A DNA stretch of 64,000 nt from Gammaproteobacteria bacterium (lineage in GTDB: Bacteria; Pseudomonadota; Gammaproteobacteria; JAJFKG01). This document shows, one piece after another, positions 9,323 to 19,071 of the stretch. The DNA is taken from assembly GCA_965116795.1 (NCBI GenBank), contig OZ220716.1, positions 2,250,503 to 2,314,502 of the forward strand. The letters run 5' to 3'. Made by a program: the position numbers and the translations under genes. Positions within the stretch are counted from its first letter, which is position 1. Each line of letters opens with the position of its first letter. The notes beneath the pieces are model-generated. The model worked only from the letters and a program-made list of their open reading frames with translations. It made no database searches and was not told where the DNA came from.

Positions 9323-9747
9323 TCGATATATTACGTCTCTTTTGGAGTCATGAGTCAAAGGATCAAACGTATCACAGGAAATTGGCAATCTTACCAATCC
9401 TTAGAAAATCAACCTATTAGCTAGCCTCACTTTTAGCAGAAATCCGGCGCATTTAAGTCTATGCACCGCCAGTCACTTTTCGCTAACCTTTCTACAACAA
9501 AATCTGCGATTGTAAAAATGCTTAGTAATACAAAGGCTTTTTGGGGTGATTCGTTGACTTCGAGTTACCAAATTTTGGCGATTTTTCCCGATTTTTTGCC
9601 CTAAAATCGCCAATCCTCTAAAAACTATGCACTTTAGCAAACGAAGTGCATAGTTGTTAAGTGCGCGATATTGTAGTGTTTTAGCTGCGTGCTGGTTGGA
9701 ACTGGACTGTGGGTAGCATAGACAAACGTACTCCTAAGGTATTCATA

Positions 9748-10989
9748 TTAACTTAGCGACACATTCATACTCAGTGAACTGGATGACGATGAGCTACTGT
9801 TCAAGTTTGAGCTATTACTTTTACTTGAGTGTGTGAATGGTTGAGTGACATCTTTTGGCAATGTTACCAGGAAATTATACCACTGACGCGGTATTTCATA
9901 TTTCGGCGTGCTATTATCTTTTGTAGCAATACCTTTTACTTGCTTACGGCACCACGATAGGCAACTATGAGTTTCAATCTGCTGATTTGCACCAAAAAAT
10001 GCGAGCCAACTTGAACTACTACCATAATAAGAAACTACCCCATCGCCTAGTTGACTATAACGCATTGCCTCCTGTTGATCAGAACGAATGTTGCGCAATA
10101 GCCGTTCCCCCTCGTCTGCTGTTATCTCAAATTGATTTGCTTCATACATTGAAGCTGATTTTTTGAATTGTTTCAAGTTATCCAGTGGTCTAAGCGTAAT
10201 AGCGGCCTGTCTACCATCAGTCGTTGTCAATTCGGCGCGAACAATAAACCGCCGGTTTTGTCTAATTCCTTCAATGATGAGAAATCCGTGGCCTACTTCG
10301 CCAGTGTTATTATCAATCATATTACCAACCCAACCACCAATACCCGCACCAATCAAAACACAAGCTAGTGATGCAACACTGATACCAACCAATGCACCAA
10401 CCGAAATACCAACCATCGCAGCGCTAATTCGGTTGTTATGTTTTCTTGCTACCGATAATACCCACACATTTTCACTGACAGTACGTCTCTGACTTTGCCT
10501 CTGGTGTTCTATTCCTACTAAACTTAGCTGGGCTTGATGATGCGCAGTTCCGACAATAGGTTTGAATAATTGACACCACGGCTGATAAGTTATCCCTTCA
10601 TTTTTGTTTGGCTCTCCTCTACTCCCTCGTTGCTTGCATAATCGTTGATTCTCGGTAGAAACATGCAGTGCTTGACTGATATTAAGCCCACTCAGAACTA
10701 ATGCCCCTATCCCCCTATGTACCCATTGAAACTGGGGATGCCACTGCTGTGTCCGTAGATTGTTAATGTCTATTGCCAATAGACAACCGGCAGCTCCTGC
10801 CGCTATCAGCTGATTAGCGCCTATTGCCACAGAGTAAAGAGGAAATCCTAATGGTAACTCTGCCAAACAGCAACCATTCTCTCTATCCCACAGGCGCACA
10901 GTTTTATCCAAGCCCCCTGAGGCAATCACCGAGGCATCAGTGCTTATTGCCACACTTTTAACCGAATTCGTGTGTCCTCTCAGAATATG
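9748..10989 (-). pseudogene. C-terminal fragment of a NACHT-WD40 protein (last WD40 repeats, conserved tail and an extra domain), cut by IS66
   Basis: Frame is open from the IS end at 10989: HILRGHTNSVKSVAISTDASVIASGGLDKTVRLWD; then GLNISQALHVSTENQRLCKQRGSRGEP. Confidence 0.8.
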
Positions 10990-11173
10990 GTATGCTTCCA
11001 GTACCGTTGCGTGACAGCCATCAATCTGTCAATTATTCTGTGTAGGGGCAATTTATTTTTTTGATTTTGCCATTGTGCTTTTTTCCGACTTGCAATTTGA
11101 AAATAATGGGATCAGACTTGTTTCCAGGTCAGGTTATTTCTGACTGACCAATGGATGAAACAAGGATTATGTT

Positions 11174-12807
11174 GTGAAGAAACCGGAAACGATTGATTTA
11201 AGCCATGCAGAAGCAGAGTCATTACTGTCACGACTTGAAACAGGTAATCTATCAGACACCGATCGCAAGCTATGCAGCAGTGCACTACGCATGGTATTTT
11301 GGTTGCAAGGTCAATTAACCGAAGCCAAACTCAGTATCCGTCGATTGAAGAGAATATTTGGGATCTGCAGCGAAAAACAGGGGTAAAAGGTACATCAACG
11401 TCGGCAAGTTCTTCTGACAAAGTGCCAAAAGACACTGACAACGTTAAGGAAGATGATGTATCTGAGCAATCAAACAAAGGGCATGGACGCTATAGCGCAG
11501 ATGATTATGTTGCAGCAGAAGTTCACAAAGTGAGTGATGAACGTTACTACCCAGGTGCACATTGCTTACATGTTGATTGTAAAGGCCGTTTATATTTATG
11601 GAATAAACCATCAAAAGTGATCCGTTTGTTAGGCCAACCAATGGCGCGGGTTGTACGTTATGACAGAGAGGTCTATCGTTGCGGATTGTGTTTAACGTTA
11701 TTTACAGTGCCGTTACCAAAAGAAAGCGGCAAAGATGTCTATAGCGATAGTTTCAAAGCGGTATTGGCGGTGAATCACTATGTATTTGGTTTGCCATTTT
11801 ATCGGATAGCGAAGTATCACGAAGCGCAAGGCATTCCATTACCGACATCGAATCAATTTGCGTGCATGGAGACGGTGTTTAATCACGTACTTCCTGTTTA
11901 TCAAGCATTGCAACGTACTGCGGCCAACGGCGAGTTGGTCCAATACGATGACACCACAGCGAAGGTCCAAAGCCTCGTGTTAGAAAACCAGGCGCTAGAA
12001 GAAAAAGCACGTCGTGGCATATTTACAACAGCGGCACTATCAAAAGTAGGTGATAACGAAGTGGTATTAGTCTTTACAGGTCGCTCACATGGTGGTGAGA
12101 ATATCACAGCGTTATTGCGCAAACGTGATACTGAGTTAGGGTCTGTTATTTTAATGTCAGATGCGCTGAGTCGAAACCGCATCAAAGACGAGTCGATTGC
12201 CGAACAGACGCAAGTTAGCTATTGTTTAACCCATGCCAGACGCTATTTTTTCGAGTGCAAAGACGTTTATCCGAAGGTATGTCAGCCAGTACTAAACTGG
12301 ATTGGGCAAGTGTATCGACACGAGCGTCATTGTAAAACACATGGCTATACACCAGAGCAACGCCTGCATTATCATCGTCGTCATTCGAAACCGATAATGA
12401 AACAGCTACGGCGATTTTTAGAACAATGTGTTCGAAAACGCTGGGCGGAGCCTAACAGTAGTGCTGGCAAAGCTATCAATTATATGCGCAACCATTTTCG
12501 AGAGTTAACGTTATTTTTATCTGTTCTTGGTGCAGTGCTAGATAACAATGATTCTGAGCGTTTAATTAAGATTGCACCCGTGATGTATCGTAAGAATTCA
12601 CAACAATATCGTACCACTTATGGTGCTATGGTTGGCGACGTGTTGATGAGTGTATTATTCACGGCGCAATATGCTGGTGTTGACCCAGTGGATTATTTAC
12701 AAAGTTTATTGTTGCATAAAGATGAGTTACAACAGCGTGCTAACGATTGGTTACCTTGGCATTATAAGGACACACTCAACACCAAGGCATTAGCCAAAGC
12801 GGCCTAA
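11174..12807 (+). CDS. tnpC: IS66 DDE transposase TnpC in two frames (11174..11386 and 11272..12807; -1 shift near 11372-11386)
   Basis: Same motifs as copy 1; a fused product would be 544 aa. Confidence 0.9.
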
Positions 12808-13166
12808 GCCGCTTTGGCAGGTAGAGACTTCCAGTTTTGTTGACAATTAGCGGTAATGGGATTGCCGTTATACAGTAAGATATTCAGTGTGCTGGCAGTT
12901 AATTCAATCGTCGTGCAATTATCTTGTGGCCACCACTGAAGTCGTCCTCTGGACAGTCGTTTATGACATAGCCAGAAACCTTGGCCATCGTAGGTCAGCA
13001 GTTTGATGGCGTTACGACGACGATTGGTAAAGACAAATACCGTGCCATTAAAGGGGTCATTGTACATGTTAGCTTGGCAGACTCGACACAAACCTTCGAT
13101 ACCGGCTCTGAAGTCCACCGGTTCTTTGGCTAATAAAATGCGGTGTTGAGGCGTTATTTGCAACAT
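12804..13166 (-). CDS. tnpB: IS66 accessory protein TnpB
   Basis: PVDFRAGIEGL, VFVFTNRRRNAIKLLTYDGQGFWLCHKRL are canonical IS66 Orf2 motifs. Confidence 0.95.
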   Translation of the reverse strand: MLQITPQHRILLAKEPVDFRAGIEGLCRVCQANMYNDPFNGTVFVFTNRRRNAIKLLTYDGQGFWLCHKRLSRGRLQWWPQDNCTTIELTASTLNILLYNGNPITANCQQNWKSLPAKAA

Positions 13167-13176
13167 CCGTTTATCC

Positions 13177-13614
13177 TCAGCACAGTGTTTTCAATAGTTG
13201 GGCTGTTGATGTGACATCCGCTAGACGAATAGCCACATGCAGACCATGTGGGTAATGGATAGTCAACTCACACGCGGCCGTTTGTATTGCGATGTTGGTT
13301 TGAGGTGCTTTGTTCTTAATTGGTTTGACGGTGACAAAGTGTGGTGTTGTTTTACTTGATACGGCTTTTTGCTCACGCCAGCGTTTTAGTTGAGAATGAT
13401 TTATTCTTAATGACTTCAGTTTTGAGAATGGTATGCCGTTATTAAAGGCGCGAACAGTTGCTTGGCGTAACGCTAGTGGCACAGGCGCATTGCTAGATTT
13501 GTTAGCCCGCCATTGTTCAAACTGTTGTTGCAATTGATCGAATGATGACGAATTTGCAATCTGTTTTTTACTACGTAAAGTTGTGCTGTGCGTTTTTGAT
13601 TTCCTTGTTCCCAT
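13177..13614 (-). CDS. IS66 accessory protein TnpA-like
   Basis: Directly upstream of tnpB inside the element; FEQWR and QLKRWR HTH-like segments; C-terminal ELTIHYPHGLHV. Confidence 0.7.
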   Translation of the reverse strand: MGTRKSKTHSTTLRSKKQIANSSSFDQLQQQFEQWRANKSSNAPVPLALRQATVRAFNNGIPFSKLKSLRINHSQLKRWREQKAVSSKTTPHFVTVKPIKNKAPQTNIAIQTAACELTIHYPHGLHVAIRLADVTSTAQLLKTLC

Positions 13615-13696
13615 TAAAATGTCCTCTTGATACTGTTAGCAACTTCAGGCTAAACCATCAAAAAACACTATGCACGCACTTTTGCGGGAAGCATAC

Positions 13697-14752
13697 GCTA
13701 AACCCAACGCTTCTCACAATATCCTCGTGACTTCTCAGACGTTGGCACAACTCGCCACTTCCAACATCCCATACGCTCACGGTCTTATCATGACTCCCCG
13801 ACACCACAAGCTTACCATCACCGCTAAATGCAACGCTGTACACCCTATTCTCGTGACCCGTCAGACGTTGGCACAACTCGCCACTATCAACTTCCCATAT
13901 GCACACGGTATTATCCCAACTCCCCGACACCACACACTTGCCATCATCGCTAAACGCAACGCTGTACACATTATCCTCGTGACCCCTCAGACGTTGGCGC
14001 AACTCACCACTCGCAATATCCCATACGCACACGGTCTTATCCCAACTCCCCGACACCACACGCTTGCCATCATCGCTAAACGCAACGCTGTACACATCAC
14101 CCTCGTGACCCCTCAGACATTGACACAACTCGCCACTGCCAACATCCCATACACTCACGGTCTTATCACTACTCCCCGACACCACAAGCTTACCATCACC
14201 ACTAAACGCAACGCTGTACACATCACCCTTGTGACCCCTCAGACATTGGCGCAACTTGCCACTTCCAATATCCCATACGCTCACGGCCTTATCACCACCT
14301 CCCGACACCACATGCTTGCCATCATCGCTAAACCTAACGCTGCTCACCCAACTCTCGTGATCCCGCAGACGATGGCGTAACTCGCCACGCTCAACGTCCC
14401 ATACGCACACGGTCTTATCACCACTCCCCGACACCACATACTTGCCATCACTGCTAAACGCAACGCCGTACACATCACCCTCGTGACCCCTCAGACATTG
14501 GCACAACTCGCCACACTCAACATCCCATACGCTCACGGTAGTATCACTACTCCCCGATACCACATGCTTGCCATTATCGTTAAACCCAACGCTGTTCACA
14601 TCACCCTCGTGACCCGTCAGACGTTGGCGCAACTCGCCACGCTCAACGTCCCACACGCACACGGTCTTATCACCACTCCCCGACACCACATACTTGCCAT
14701 CATCGCTAAACTCAACGCTTGTCACATAACTCTCGTGCCCTCTCAGGATGCG
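13697..14752 (-). repeat. 126-bp WD40 tandem repeats (8 full + 1 partial)
   Basis: Exact 42-codon period, GHE..V.SV.FS.DGK.VVSGS.DKTV.VWD. Confidence 0.95.
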
Positions 14753-16750
14753 CCGTAACGTGCGTGTGGTGGCATCAAATAGATGAATAGCCTTACCACT
14801 CGCCACTGCCAAGTAACTTTCATTCGATGAATACGCCACAGCGTAACATACACTTTCGAATTTCAAGTACGGGTACTCACCAAACTGTATCCCTGACATC
14901 TGCGCCCCTTTAAAGTTCACTTCTCGCAGTGACGCACGGTAAAACGTCACATCCATTAAGTTTGCCCCACTGAAATTCGCCTTATCACAGATGGCACCGG
15001 TTAAATCCGCTCCTGCAATACAGACTCCTTCCAACTTCCATCCATAAAACGATACCCATGCCACATTGAGTATCGTTATTGCATTCGACGCTACCCGTCC
15101 TAAACTCGGTGTATGCCTTGATGCCATCAATACATCAATGAGGCGTCGTTTGAAGTCAGGGTTCTCCCTGGCCATCTCTGCCAATCGCGTGATTATCTCT
15201 GGCTCTTTCACCAGTAACATTCGATTTAATCCGCGCCTGGGTGGTGAAGGGTCTACACCATTTTTAGACGCCTGTATCAGTGACAGTTCTTCTACCATCA
15301 CCCTGTGCGCTACCAAATATTCTGTCACCGACTTGTGTAAGAACTTAAATTCACCTTCTTCTAAATAATCATCTTCATCCACTCGACCATACAACAGATG
15401 AAGTAAGCAGCTAGAGCGTATATCGCGAAAGTTAGTATTAGGGGTTCCGTCTGTGTCAAAAAATAAGGTGCGCGGATGGCGCTTATGCAGTAGTTCAATC
15501 AAGTTAGGCTGTAATGTCTCTTCTGCGGTTAACGAGCGCTCATTTAATTGACCAGTTTCATCATCAAGTAAGAAAAGTGCTAAGTTCTCTGCATACCCTC
15601 GCATGTAACGAATAACGTCTTTTTGGCATAACTTAGGACAACTCGATGATAAGAGGTTTTTTGCTCTGCCTCGGGCAATTTCCTTAACAAACCAACCGCC
15701 ACAAGGCTCGCCTTTATCATTTGGCACTCCCTCAAGAAAGTAGTGGAATATACTGCTTTGGGTGAAACGCGGTATGTTAGCAGCACTAGCTTTAGGCAGC
15801 TTGTCAATATACGGCAAGATGTCGGTCACCATGCGTAACAAAAACGGTGTCGTCACTAAGGCTTTGAGTGATGGTAATTGTGTTAACTGGTGATAATAGC
15901 GTTCGCTGTCTGATTTCGTCTTAAAGCACGCTTTAAAATACGCCTGAATCTGTTCATCAGTAAACGGTTGTAAATATTGTCTGGTATACGTGGCTAACTG
16001 ACCTGAAAACTCACCACCGGCTTCAAACAATGCCGATAAATTCTCATGCAGTAACACGTCAGGGCGACAGGTAACAACTACCTGAATATCATAGCCATGC
16101 TCTCCCCATCCTTGTAGTCGATAAATATTCTCACGAAAAGTAATTTCATCAAAACCATCCAGAAAAATCAGCAATGGCTTTGTCTTAACTATCTCGATTT
16201 CTTCATCAGAAAGCTGATGTTTTCTTAATACCGTCTCTAATAACGTGCCTTTATCTAATTTCCCTTTATCTACTAACTGTTTCTCGCGGTGAAGTTGCTT
16301 ATCGTAATTCGGTAAATAAATGTATAACGGTAATCGGGGTAATGGTGCATTGGGATTGGTTTTAAGCTGTTCTCGTATCCGTCTCCATACCGTCTGGCAA
16401 GTCAGCAAACTAAAATACGACTTGCCCATCCCCGCTTGACCTAATAACAAGAGTGAGCGTTTTGAACTGTCGAGAAATTCGTTGACTTTATCTGCTAAAG
16501 GCAAACAGCTTTCAGCGCTGGCTCTTTCTCTATCTGAAGTTAACGGCGGAATATAAATCTCACCTAATCTCGGATCAAATGCACCACTGTAGTAATCAGC
16601 AAGTTGCTTAATTAACTCTTTTTTATTTTTCAGTGGTTTCTTCGATTTGCTAGGCGTTTGTTTAATATACTGATCAAAATGCTGTTCAGTATATTGTTCA
16701 CAAATAATTGCCTTTTGTGGTCTCTGGCTCGCTTCGTTAGCTTGCTTCAC
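13697..16750 (-). pseudogene. NACHT NTPase-pentapeptide-WD40 (NLR-like) protein, interrupted by IS66
   Basis: Walker A GQAGMGKS, Walker B LIFLDGFDE, VVVTCR, FLHKSVTEYL, pentapeptides GADLTGAICDKANFSGANL, eight full WD40 repeats; the last 12 residues of the ORF are IS-derived. Confidence 0.9.
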
Positions 16751-16791
16751 CTTCTTCGTGTGCGTACGACGTTTCTTCGAAGATGAGCAAC

Positions 16792-18834
16792 TTACTTTGG
16801 GCCATCTAACCCAAACATTTTTTCAGCTAAATTTTCAACTTTCTCTTCAGATAGCATTTTTCCTTGCACAGCATTAACTTCATTATCTTCTCCACCGTAT
16901 TCTAAATTTTCAGCAATAAAGTTTCCTTTATTTCCTTTCCCTTCAATTTTAAATAAGGATGGCTGCTGTCCGGTACTACTTGACTGAGATTGAGGATGCT
17001 CTGCTTCATGACTATCACTATCTGATCGTTTTGTTCTTTTTTTCCGTCTTTTTTCTTTCTTTTCTTGTTTTTCCGCTTTTTTTGAAGGTTCCGCTCCGAA
17101 CAATCCACTTCCACCGCCCAGCTCCTGTGCCGATTTCCGCTCCCTGCGCGCTTCCTCAACCATCTCTTCATCTGAACTACTTGCTTCCTCTCTCTTTTTC
17201 TTATGCTTTTTCTTCTTCCCTTCTTTCTCTTTTCCTTTCAGAGAAGGTGGTGATGTCGTGCGTTCATTTAAATCAATATCCTCTTCTTCCGGCGGTGGTG
17301 CACTGGGGATTGGTAATGTTTCAGGCATGAGCAACACCTGAGGACTACTACCTCTATCTTGTTCGTGTTGACTCATAGCCAACGGTGGAGGTGACATACC
17401 ACGCGTCTGCCATGGTGTATGCTTTGATGGGATTGCAACACCTGCACCATGTTGCTGTTGCTTATCCAGTGGCTCTATTATCATTGCACTTGGAGAAAGA
17501 CTATTACTAATAGCATGCCGCAACCTTTCACTTAACTCTTCTTGATTACTGAGATAAGATAATTTATTTCTGGCGTACTCTCTTTTGTGAGTAGATTTTC
17601 TATTCTCAGATAACTTGCCTAGTACACTTAGCACTTTGCGCTGAAAGTGTCGCTCAGCAACTGTGTCGCCTGAATAAGTAAGCAGTAAGTCAGTCAGCAA
17701 ATCACATACAAATGCTTGCGCATACTTACCTTTTACTTTTTTGGGTTCTTCTATTTGCTTAAATAATTTATCTAATAAGTTATATAGCTGATCACTATAA
17801 GTTTCATCATTTTCCTTCTTGCTTTTTACCAAAAAAAGCATAGCTCCCATTAATAGTTGTTTAAACAACATGGCTTTGTCATACCATTTCTCTTGCATAG
17901 GCTTCATGTGAAACGCTTCACTGAATTGTTCAATCCCTTCTATGGTATTGGTGAATGTCAATACGGCAGATACACCACTGACAGGTACTAACAGCGCTGC
18001 ACCAGCTGCCATTGCGAAATGTTTTACGCCTAACACAAACGCAATGCCTTTACGAAGCCGTAAATCACTCTTTGATTCATCACTACCAACACGCCGTAAC
18101 GCTTGGTATGCCACTGCTGCTTGCAGTGACAACGAAATATCGCTACGCTTTTTACCACTTACAATATCAAGCAGTTTATTTAATAGCGCATCAGTCTTTT
18201 GCTTATCTGCACCATTTACATCAGCAGCCAATGCGGCTTCTAAAAATAAATTCAGTGCAATGAGACAATGCATATCAGGTTTAATTTTCTCTGCAAAAAT
18301 AGTTAATATTGCCTCGTACTTTGTATCATCCATCCACTGTTGCTTATTTTCATATAATAAAATAATTTGAGTTAAGCCCAACAATGCTGGGAGATTGCCT
18401 AACGGATGGCTAGATAAATCATACAGCCTTCTTAAAATAGCTTGATATACATCGCTATCCTTTACTCCTGCCAACATCACTAATGTGTTAATTTCTTGTT
18501 GCGATAGACTTTGTTTGCCAGTTAGTTTACTGACTTTATCGTTTATATATGACAAGTGTGCTTGTTTGTGTTCAGTATTAAATTGAGATACTAAACCAGA
18601 CCACCTTTGCAGTTGTGTAGCTTCTTCGACTCTATTTGTTACTGCCAAAGAAGAGGAAGCTAGCGGACTGCTTACTGATAATTGCGATGATGAAGAGGGA
18701 ACAGGTGATAATGATCTGACATGACTACTATTGCTACTAGAAGAAACTGATGACGATGAGTGGCTGTAGCTACCGCTGGGTTCGTCCTTTACGATTGTGC
18801 TTTTGCTTTCTTTTTTTCTTGTTTCCATGTACAT
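16792..18834 (-). CDS. Hypothetical helical protein with Ser-rich and Lys/Glu-rich disordered regions; probable N-terminal module or partner of the NACHT protein
   Basis: AAGGAG RBS; long ORF; QAAVAYQAL..V.SDE motif; co-oriented and 41 bp from the NACHT ORF. Confidence 0.7.
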   Translation of the reverse strand: MYMETRKKESKSTIVKDEPSGSYSHSSSSVSSSSNSSHVRSLSPVPSSSSQLSVSSPLASSSLAVTNRVEEATQLQRWSGLVSQFNTEHKQAHLSYINDKVSKLTGKQSLSQQEINTLVMLAGVKDSDVYQAILRRLYDLSSHPLGNLPALLGLTQIILLYENKQQWMDDTKYEAILTIFAEKIKPDMHCLIALNLFLEAALAADVNGADKQKTDALLNKLLDIVSGKKRSDISLSLQAAVAYQALRRVGSDESKSDLRLRKGIAFVLGVKHFAMAAGAALLVPVSGVSAVLTFTNTIEGIEQFSEAFHMKPMQEKWYDKAMLFKQLLMGAMLFLVKSKKENDETYSDQLYNLLDKLFKQIEEPKKVKGKYAQAFVCDLLTDLLLTYSGDTVAERHFQRKVLSVLGKLSENRKSTHKREYARNKLSYLSNQEELSERLRHAISNSLSPSAMIIEPLDKQQQHGAGVAIPSKHTPWQTRGMSPPPLAMSQHEQDRGSSPQVLLMPETLPIPSAPPPEEEDIDLNERTTSPPSLKGKEKEGKKKKHKKKREEASSSDEEMVEEARRERKSAQELGGGSGLFGAEPSKKAEKQEKKEKRRKKRTKRSDSDSHEAEHPQSQSSSTGQQPSLFKIEGKGNKGNFIAENLEYGGEDNEVNAVQGKMLSEEKVENLAEKMFGLDGPK

Positions 18835-19071
18835 ACATACTCTCCTTTATTCAATGCCAAGCACACATGTCTAGCATGCGTATTTTAAGTTGCTACTTTT
18901 CATTATGATTGGAGAATAACAATGAACTGTTCAATGTAAGCACATTAAAACATATTTTTTCTAATAACAGAACCACACAATGTCTAAATTGAATAAACAG
19001 AAAAGTGAGCTACAAAATTATTAAATTAGTGTTAAATAGATACTATCAAATTGGCCCGGCTTCGCTTACAG

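Larger units (their letters stand above)
10990..13696. mobile_element. IS66-family insertion sequence, copy 2 (complete, 2707 bp)
   Basis: Terminal inverted repeats GTATGCTTCC (10990) and GGAAGCATAC (13696); contains tnpC (+), tnpB (-) and tnpA (-). Confidence 0.95.

Noticed and set aside
1998-10989. Inversion of the 9-kb segment between the inverted IS copies
   Set aside because: Swapping flanks (GTTGGTTC vs GCTAAACC) does not restore a target duplication, and NLR-family sequence lies colinearly on both sides of copy 2
11272-11371. ATG 11272 as the true transposase start
   Set aside because: The conserved IS66 leucine-zipper/FG..SEK N-terminus and the RBS belong to the overlapping 11174 frame
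7380-14752. Regularly spaced repeats as a CRISPR array or DGR template/variable repeats
   Set aside because: The repeats are in-frame coding units (216 and 126 bp) without unique spacers; no cas or reverse transcriptase gene is present and the variation is not adenine-specific
13670-14758. Repetitive plus-strand ORFs (236 aa, 91 aa)
   Set aside because: Antisense shadows of the WD40 repeats
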